NCBI GenBank assembly: GCA_963663035.1
Contig: OY760074.1
Coordinates: forward strand, 3,530,684 to 3,594,683
Origin: Acidobacteriota bacterium
GTDB taxonomy: Bacteria > Acidobacteriota > UBA6911 > RPQK01 > JADFOI01
Direction: 5' to 3'
DNA: 64,000 nt
Made by a program: the position numbers and the translations under genes. This document shows, in pieces, positions 57,866-64,000 of this stretch. The notes under the pieces are model-generated. The model did no database searches and was not told the origin of the DNA. It saw only the letters and a list, made by a program, of their open reading frames with translations. Within the stretch, counting starts at the first letter, position 1; every line of letters begins with the position of its first letter.

Positions 57866-58651
57866 ATGCCCACGATTGAGGCCAACGGCGAAGTCTTGTT
57901 CTACATACGGGAAGGGAAAGGCCCGGCAACCGTGTTGGTCCACAACCTGGCTGCGAGTGGCCAAGTCTGGCGTAGCCTGATCGATGAGCTGGGTGACCGG
58001 TTTGATGCTGTGGCTTTCGATTGCCGCTGTCACGGTCAGTCCTCGGGCAACGGTCCCTTCTCTATTGAGAACGCTGCAGATGATCTCAAGGCCGGTCTGG
58101 ATGTCCTGGGCATCGAGTCCGCTCACATGATTGGGCTCTCCATGGGCGGATCCATTTGCCTGACCTTCCACGCTCGCTGGCCCCAGCGTGTCCGCTCCCT
58201 GGTACTGGCCGACAGCACTGCCCAGGTTGATCCCGCTCTGGCATCAGACCGCCTCTACGCAATCCAGGAAGCGCTGCACTACCTGACCATGAAAGACTTT
58301 GGAAAGCAGGCCGCGGGAGAAATTCTTCGCCCCTCGACGGCGCGGGAGACACGCCAGGAATTGGCCGGGATGATAGCGCTGCTCGACAAAAAGAGCTACC
58401 TCGAAGTGCTCAAGGCGGTCCTGACAACCGACGTCAATCCACTGCTGGGACTGGTGAGTGTCCCCACGCTGGTGGTGGTGGGTGAGCAGGACGACCGGAC
58501 ACCCCTCTCCCACGCTCAACACCTGGCCGATAGCATCGCCGGTGCAAAACTGGAGGTCATTCCCGAGGCTGGGCACCTGTCCAACCTCGACAATCCGGAA
58601 GCCTTCAACGCCGCCGTGGCTGGCTTCCTGGACGGCTCCACCGCGCGCTGA
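57866..58651 (+). CDS. Alpha/beta hydrolase (enol-lactone hydrolase PcaD-like)
   Basis: D.R.HG.S, GLSMGG, PTLVVVGEQD..TP, AGHLSNLDNP. Confidence 0.88.
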   Translation: MPTIEANGEVLFYIREGKGPATVLVHNLAASGQVWRSLIDELGDRFDAVAFDCRCHGQSSGNGPFSIENAADDLKAGLDVLGIESAHMIGLSMGGSICLTFHARWPQRVRSLVLADSTAQVDPALASDRLYAIQEALHYLTMKDFGKQAAGEILRPSTARETRQELAGMIALLDKKSYLEVLKAVLTTDVNPLLGLVSVPTLVVVGEQDDRTPLSHAQHLADSIAGAKLEVIPEAGHLSNLDNPEAFNAAVAGFLDGSTAR

Positions 58652-58690
58652 GTAGGGTGTCGCAAAAGTCGGCTGACCCAGCTTTCTTGT

Positions 58691-58766
58691 GTAGGGGCGC
58701 ACAGCCGTGCGCCCTATAACCCGTTGACAAACAGAGGTTTCTGGGAGCACGGCTGTGCGCCCCTAC
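58691..58766. repeat. Inverted pair of GTAG-type REPs (REPIN-like) between convergent genes
   Basis: GTAGGGGCGCACAGCCGTGCGCCCT ... GGGAGCACGGCTGTGCGCCCCTAC. Confidence 0.85.
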
Positions 58767-58781
58767 CTGCCTTAGTCAAGC

Positions 58782-60317
58782 TTAACCCCACGGGCTCAGG
58801 GCGGCGGCCTCGCGGCCCGCAATGCGCCCGGTGACGAAGCATTCGGTGATGTTGCCGCCCGAGAGATACAGGTAACCGAAAGCGCTGCCCAGCTCTCCGG
58901 CTGAGTAAAGCCGGGGGATCGGCTCAGCGTAGACAGACATGATCTGTTGCTTTGTATTGTGCACGGGCCCTCCCTGGGTGTTCGAGACCACGGGCCACAG
59001 CTGGCCCGTGTAGAAGGGCGGCGTGCTCACAGACATCATGGTGCCAGGCGGGCGGCCATAGTCCTGGTCCTGGCCGCGCTGGCACAGTTCGTTCCAGCGG
59101 ACGAGGGTCGCTTCCAGCAGGGCAGGCTCCGCCTTGATGATCTGGGCCAGTTCCTGCACCGAATCCGCACGTTTCAGGATCCCTATTTCCACTTCCCTGA
59201 GATTGTCCTCGCTCCAGGAGAATTCGATGCCCAGCTCGTTGTAGGTGGGAGCACCTATCTGGTAGAGGTCACGACCTTCTTCATCGAAGATCATGTGGGA
59301 AGGAATGCGCGGGAAGCTCTGTGTCACCGTGTCAAAGAACTCCATCCGGCGGTGGGCGGTGTCATGGGTATACGGTGTGCATTCGTTCATATACCTTTTC
59401 CCGTACTGGTCCACCAGGATCCAGACCATCTTGACGCCGGCCGTAGCCTCGCGGCCCGGCATCCAGTCGGGCAGCCGCTTGACCCTGATCGCCACCGGGT
59501 AGTCGGGGTCAGGATGCTTGAACCCGTAAGCTCCGTGGTAATGCCACATGTGCCAGAGCTCGGCACCGAGATCCTGGGCCATGCGGATGCCGTCTCCCGT
59601 GTTGGCTCTCGAGGTGGCGGTGAGCACCGGCCCCTTCTCCCAATACTGTCGCTTCATCTCCTCATTGGCCTCGAAGCCACCGCAGGCCAGGATAACTCCC
59701 CGCCGCGCCTTGACATGTCGTGGGCCGTCCCTGGTCTCGAAGGTCACGCCCAGCGCTTCCTTCTTTCCGTTGGAGATCAGCCTCTTGGCCGGCATTTCCA
59801 GCCGAACCTGGATATTCTTGTGGCGGGCGACGTTGTCCTCCAGAACCTTGAAGAGGCGCCAGCCGTTTGCTGATGGCCGAGCGCAGACATGCGGGTAGTA
59901 GCTCTCGTCCAGGCCCGGCAGATCGTCGATGTTGGTGTGGTAAAAAGTGTTGACCCCCGGAAAGGGATAGTTACCTCCCTTCTCGCGGGTGCTGATGACT
60001 GCACCCGTGCCCTCGGCAAGCAGGCGAACATAGTCCTCGGCAGCCGCGAAACCGTCGGCCAGAACGCGCAGCACATCGTCAGGGGTACGCCCTCCGCAGG
60101 TGGCCTTGAGGTAAGCAAAGGCCTCATTGGCATCGTGCGCGCTGCGCACGGCTCCGCCTGAACAAATCGAGATGCCGCCGGGGGTTGGCATCTTCTCGGT
60201 GAGCAGGACCTGGGCTCCGGCCTTGGCCGCTTCGATGGCCGTGATGGCCCCGGCATAGCCGTAGCCGACCACGATGACGTCAAAATCCTCGTCAAAGGTA
60301 AGAGAACTTCCAGCAAT
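58782..60317 (-). CDS. FAD-binding dehydrogenase (fumarate reductase flavoprotein / ketosteroid dehydrogenase superfamily)
   Basis: FDEDFDVIVVGYGYAG, GVILACGGFE, NTGDG, TQGG, IPRLYSAGE, SGGN; start uncertain (ATT 60317). Confidence 0.87.
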   Translation of the reverse strand: MAGSSLTFDEDFDVIVVGYGYAGAITAIEAAKAGAQVLLTEKMPTPGGISICSGGAVRSAHDANEAFAYLKATCGGRTPDDVLRVLADGFAAAEDYVRLLAEGTGAVISTREKGGNYPFPGVNTFYHTNIDDLPGLDESYYPHVCARPSANGWRLFKVLEDNVARHKNIQVRLEMPAKRLISNGKKEALGVTFETRDGPRHVKARRGVILACGGFEANEEMKRQYWEKGPVLTATSRANTGDGIRMAQDLGAELWHMWHYHGAYGFKHPDPDYPVAIRVKRLPDWMPGREATAGVKMVWILVDQYGKRYMNECTPYTHDTAHRRMEFFDTVTQSFPRIPSHMIFDEEGRDLYQIGAPTYNELGIEFSWSEDNLREVEIGILKRADSVQELAQIIKAEPALLEATLVRWNELCQRGQDQDYGRPPGTMMSVSTPPFYTGQLWPVVSNTQGGPVHNTKQQIMSVYAEPIPRLYSAGELGSAFGYLYLSGGNITECFVTGRIAGREAAALSPWG

Positions 60318-60443
60318 AATTCCTCAGAGTATACCCTGAGACTCACTTCGCTCGTAGAGAGAATGAGATTTCCCTTCTCAATCGCAACTCTCTACAATAA
60401 GAGGAGCGTACGAAGTCGATCATTTCCCTGGGAGGTTTGACAA

Positions 60444-61436
60444 ATGAAGAAGCTGGCTACAGTTTTTCTGGTGAGCTTGGTTTGGGTTGCAGGAGTTGCG
60501 GATCTCAGCGCGAAGGAGATAGAGATCCTCGAGTGGGAGGTTCCATGGGAAGACAGCCGGCCCCGTGATCCATTCGTCGACAGCCAGGGTCGGGTCTGGT
60601 TTGTGGGACAACGATCACACTATGTAGCGAATTTTGATGTCAGCACCGGGGAATTCACCAAATTTGACCTGACACCCGGCACCGGCCCGCACAATGTGAT
60701 TGTGGATAAGGAAGGCGATGTTTGGTACTCGGGAAACCGAGCCGCCCACATTGGCAGGCTGGATCCTGAGACCGGGGAAATTGCCAAATACCCAATGCCC
60801 GATCCTGAGGCCAAGGATCCTCACACCATGGTGTTTGATGGCAACGGCGACATTTGGTTTACCGTCCAGGGAGGGAATTTCATCGGCAAGCGGACCACTG
60901 CCACAGGTGAGATTCAGCTCATTCGGGTCACAACTCCCAGTGCCCGTCCCTATGGGATCGTCATCGATTCCAAAAACCAGCCCTGGATTGCCGAAGTGGG
61001 AACCAACAAGATCGGCACCGTCGATCCGCAAACCATGAAGCTGAGAGAGTACACCTTGCCCAATGAAGATGCCCGCCCTCGCCGTTTACAGGTAACCTCC
61101 GATGACCAGGTCTGGTATGTCGATTATGCTCGAGGCTCCCTGGGCCATCTGGACCCCACCACTGGGGAGGCGGAAGAATGGGTCTCGCCGGGAGGATCTG
61201 ATTCCAGACCCTACGGAATGGCGGTGGACTCGAGCGACCGACTCTGGTTCGTTGAAACCGGTCCTGATCCCAACCAGTTCGTGGGCTTTGATCCGACGAC
61301 ACGAGAGTTTTTCAGCGTCACCAAGATTGCAAGTGGTGGTGGCGCCGTGCGCCATATGATGTTTGACAGCTCCTCTGGAGAAATCTGGTTCGGGACCGAT
61401 AAAAACACGCTTGGCCGAGCCAAAGTTCTTCCATAA
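60444..61436 (+). CDS. Secreted virginiamycin B lyase (Vgb)-like beta-propeller
   Basis: Signal peptide; repeated P(H/Y)...D..G.(V/I)W....N.IG.LDP.TG blades. Confidence 0.87.
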   Translation: MKKLATVFLVSLVWVAGVADLSAKEIEILEWEVPWEDSRPRDPFVDSQGRVWFVGQRSHYVANFDVSTGEFTKFDLTPGTGPHNVIVDKEGDVWYSGNRAAHIGRLDPETGEIAKYPMPDPEAKDPHTMVFDGNGDIWFTVQGGNFIGKRTTATGEIQLIRVTTPSARPYGIVIDSKNQPWIAEVGTNKIGTVDPQTMKLREYTLPNEDARPRRLQVTSDDQVWYVDYARGSLGHLDPTTGEAEEWVSPGGSDSRPYGMAVDSSDRLWFVETGPDPNQFVGFDPTTREFFSVTKIASGGGAVRHMMFDSSSGEIWFGTDKNTLGRAKVLP

Positions 61437-61471
61437 CTCGCTTCGTCTGCGAACGCAGTGAGTTCTAAGGC

Positions 61472-63175
61472 TTACCGTCCTCGACGGAAGGTCCTGCCGG
61501 CGTCGCGATCCGGCTCCAGATAAATCGCGTACTCTTGCGAGACTGCTATACACCAGCCTTCCTCGTCATTGCAGGCAAAATAACGCACGGCCAATTGCAA
61601 CGGATCCTGGGAATCCCCGGTCTTCTTGATATCTATTAAGAACTCACGCGGATCGATATCCGATGCTTCCTCCACCTTGGGACCTTCACCCGCTGCCGGC
61701 GACACGGTGACTCCATCAGGTGTGGTGATTTGATACTTCACCGGATCCACCAAATTATTCCAGTGCACATGGTAGAGGGGATCCGGATGAAAGCCAACAT
61801 ACAGAGTCCCTTCACCGTCCCGCAGAAACTGCTGATCCACTTCAGCTCGCAGCTTCATGTAATAGGGCTGTGAACTCGGCTTCGGCTCGATCCTGACCGT
61901 CAACATCCTGCCGGGAACCCTCACTCGTGGCACCACGCCCGAGGCCGCCACCTTTGGGGGAGCCTCGACTTTCAGGTTGAGATCGGACACCCTGGTGGGA
62001 TTTTCCACCGGCCCCACAAGCTGCTCCAGATCTTTACGCAGCTCGTCGGGTCGACTCCAGGCGCGCAAACGCACTATCTTGCCCGCCGGATCGACCACAA
62101 ACTCTGAGTTGGGCGAATCACCCAAGGCGTGCCTCAAATCATTGGACATGGAATCACTGATCCAGGTGATCTCGCTCCCCAGTGTCCGCTGGGCTTCCTT
62201 AACGTGCATCAGCCGCTCCTCGAGCGTAAACGGCTCGATGTAGCCGTCCAGCTCAGGATGAGCAAGAGTTTTATAGATATAGTAAAAGTTGACACCTTGA
62301 GGTGCGTAATCGCGGTAGATAGTCTCCAAACTGGAGACGTTTCGTAAGAAGGGCGGTCAGGTGAGGCAGCCGAAAACCAAAACCGAATAGTTCCCCTTCA
62401 GGCTGCTCAACTGGAATTCCCTGCCCTGGGCGTCATAGACTCGGAGGTCGGGCAAAGATTGACCGACCGCGGGTCCTGATCCCTGGAAAGGTTGGCCGGA
62501 GACTTCATCCTCGGTGACCATGCCGTCCCCATCGCGGTCAAAGCGCTCCAGGAACTGCTCCATCCTGTCGGGTACTTCTTCCTTGGTCACCCGTCCGTCG
62601 CCATTGCTGTCCAACTCCTCGAACATCCTTTCAGCTCGTTCTCCCGGGCCACCGGGAGCCATACCTGGGGGCTGTCCAAAGCGGCCACCGGGAGGGCCTT
62701 GAGAGATCTCCTCCCTGGTAATCACGCCGTCACCATCGCGGTCCATCTGCAGAATCCTCTGCGCCTGCTCGGGCACTTCGTCTGCCGTGATTGTGCCATC
62801 CCCGTTGCTGTCGAGCTGCTCGAATATCTCTTCGGGAGCCCTGCCCTGCCTCCTCATGGGGCGAGGTTGACCGCCGCCCCGTCCCCGTTGAGACCTGCCG
62901 CCGAACTGGGGACGTCCGCTTGCATCGCTCAGGCTGGCGGTGAATTCTTCCTGGGTGAGCCGACCGTCCTGGTCGATGTCTCCTCTTTGCAGCATCAGAT
63001 CGAAAAATTCCTGGCGCTGCTCGGGAAGCTCGTCCTGTGTCAAGACCCCATCCCTGTTCTGGTCCAGTCGCTCGAACATTGCATTAGGATCGGGTTGCCG
63101 CTGGGCAAGCCCGGACTGAGACAACAACAGCCCCATCAAGGTAGCCAAAAGTCCAACCGATAACTTCATTTTCAT
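61472..63175 (-). CDS. Candidate selenoprotein: signal peptide + six EF-hands + deiodinase-like thioredoxin domain (CxxU) + DsbD-N-like domain
   Basis: ORFs 62357-63175 and 61472-62329 are in one frame, separated only by TGA (62357-62359); reads FGCLT-U-PPFLRNVSSLETIY...AHPE. Confidence 0.85.
62322..62338 (-). promoter_or_regulatory. Putative bacterial SECIS hairpin
   Basis: GTCTCCA-GTT-TGGAGAC begins 18 nt after the in-frame UGA; G first in the apical loop. Confidence 0.7.
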
Positions 63176-63246
63176 ATTGTATAGTACGAACCCCAGGCTT
63201 AGATGTGTAGCAGGAGTTTGTAAGTTTTTGTAAAGCTCAGGATGGA

Positions 63247-63400
63247 CTAGCCGGGATTATGCATAGGTTTTCGTGACGAAGTGCCGCAGGCGCCGCGATG
63301 ACAAGGCGTGCGAAGGGGTACCCGCTTGCGGGTCGCACAACGCAGTCAGCGTGGATGATTGCGGCACTGCAGTAGAAAATTTATGCATAATCCCGGCTAG
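63247..63400. mobile_element. CTAG-bounded MITE
   Basis: Perfect 19-bp TIR CTAGCCGGGATTATGCATA; interior homologous to the 24088/31623 elements; right end overlaps the TAG stop of the adjacent gene. Confidence 0.9.
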
Positions 63401-63999
63401 AGGCCAATGACGTAGGTCACCTTGGCAATGAGTGCTCGTTCCGCTACGTCTCCCGTTGAAGATCTCCGCTCGTTGTAGACCAGGAAAAAGTCGCTCAGTG
63501 GCTTGTGAATCAAATTGAAACGAATATTGCTGCGGAGCTCCTTCCGATCGCTGTTGTACTGGATCAGGGCATTGAGAAACATGCTGGGGTTGAAGCTATA
63601 GTTCAGACGAGTGGTGACCAGCTCGGTGTCAAAATCCCCTGAGGGCAGCCTGACATCGTCGTGGCTCCAGGTGATCTCTGATCGAAATTGGGGCATGGGT
63701 TGAAAGCGAAAGCTGAAACGATAGGAGTCCTTCTCACCGTCCCAGAAATCTCCCGTGACCGCTCTGAAGCTCCCACTGAACATACGGCTAGCATTACTTT
63801 GGAGCGAAAGTGTGTACTCATTGAACTGATAGCCTCCTGCGGGAATCATCTGATCGCTCCGGATGTCGAAGTCTTCAGTCAAGAGCTCAAACCGCGACTG
63901 GGCAGCAAACCAGATCAGTTCCTCATTTTGAAACCTGACTGAGAAGCGACCGTTGATGGTTCGCGTCTGCAGGACGTTTTCCTGGTCGGTAAGATAGGT
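63397..63999 (-). CDS. Outer-membrane beta-barrel protein C-terminus (DUF5916-like), 5' end outside window
   Basis: Amphipathic strands; ALIQYN, NIRFNLIHKPLSDFFLVYNE, K.TY ending. Confidence 0.8.
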   Translation of the reverse strand, partial: TYLTDQENVLQTRTINGRFSVRFQNEELIWFAAQSRFELLTEDFDIRSDQMIPAGGYQFNEYTLSLQSNASRMFSGSFRAVTGDFWDGEKDSYRFSFRFQPMPQFRSEITWSHDDVRLPSGDFDTELVTTRLNYSFNPSMFLNALIQYNSDRKELRSNIRFNLIHKPLSDFFLVYNERRSSTGDVAERALIAKVTYVIGL

Positions 64000-64000
64000 C

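Noticed and set aside
58947-59873. Long plus-strand ORF (308 aa) and similar antisense ORFs elsewhere (e.g. 3206-4108, 15914-16708)
   Set aside because: Antisense shadows of well-supported genes in GC-rich coding DNA
60444-61436. Vgb-like gene as streptogramin resistance
   Set aside because: The family is widespread and this copy is secreted; the sequence alone cannot support a resistance call

Overview
Bacterial chromosome segment, probably Acidobacteriota; this is inferred from the mrdA-rodA-rne-mazG-DUF1844-MBL-ribF gene order and the repeat types. About 1-40.8 kb is mostly housekeeping: cell-wall elongation, gatCA, an arg operon, gltX, tRNA-Leu, pyk, acs, pur genes, serS and tRNA-Ser, with scattered MITE/REP palindromes and one 5'-truncated IS1380. 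About 40.8-54.8 kb is an accessory region of small, often decaying, integron-cassette-type genes plus IS3 and IS256. About 54.9-64 kb holds a TTT transporter/catabolic cluster, a Vgb-like lyase and exported proteins. The strongest leads: (1) two 'split' ORFs at 61472-63175 form one in-frame gene with a UGA in a deiodinase-type FGCLT-U-PPF motif followed by a SECIS-like hairpin, i.e. a candidate exported EF-hand/deiodinase-like/DsbD-N-like selenoprotein; (2) a DUF1611/DgcN-like P-loop protein heads an ARG-box-controlled argC-argD-argB operon that lacks argA/argJ, so it may be a new type of N-acetylglutamate synthase; (3) a leader-peptide/antiterminator/terminator attenuator lies upstream of a methyltransferase-MOSC-MFS cluster; (4) a MITE family shares one internal core across different termini and targets TAG stop codons. 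All family assignments come from motif recognition by eye; no database search was run.
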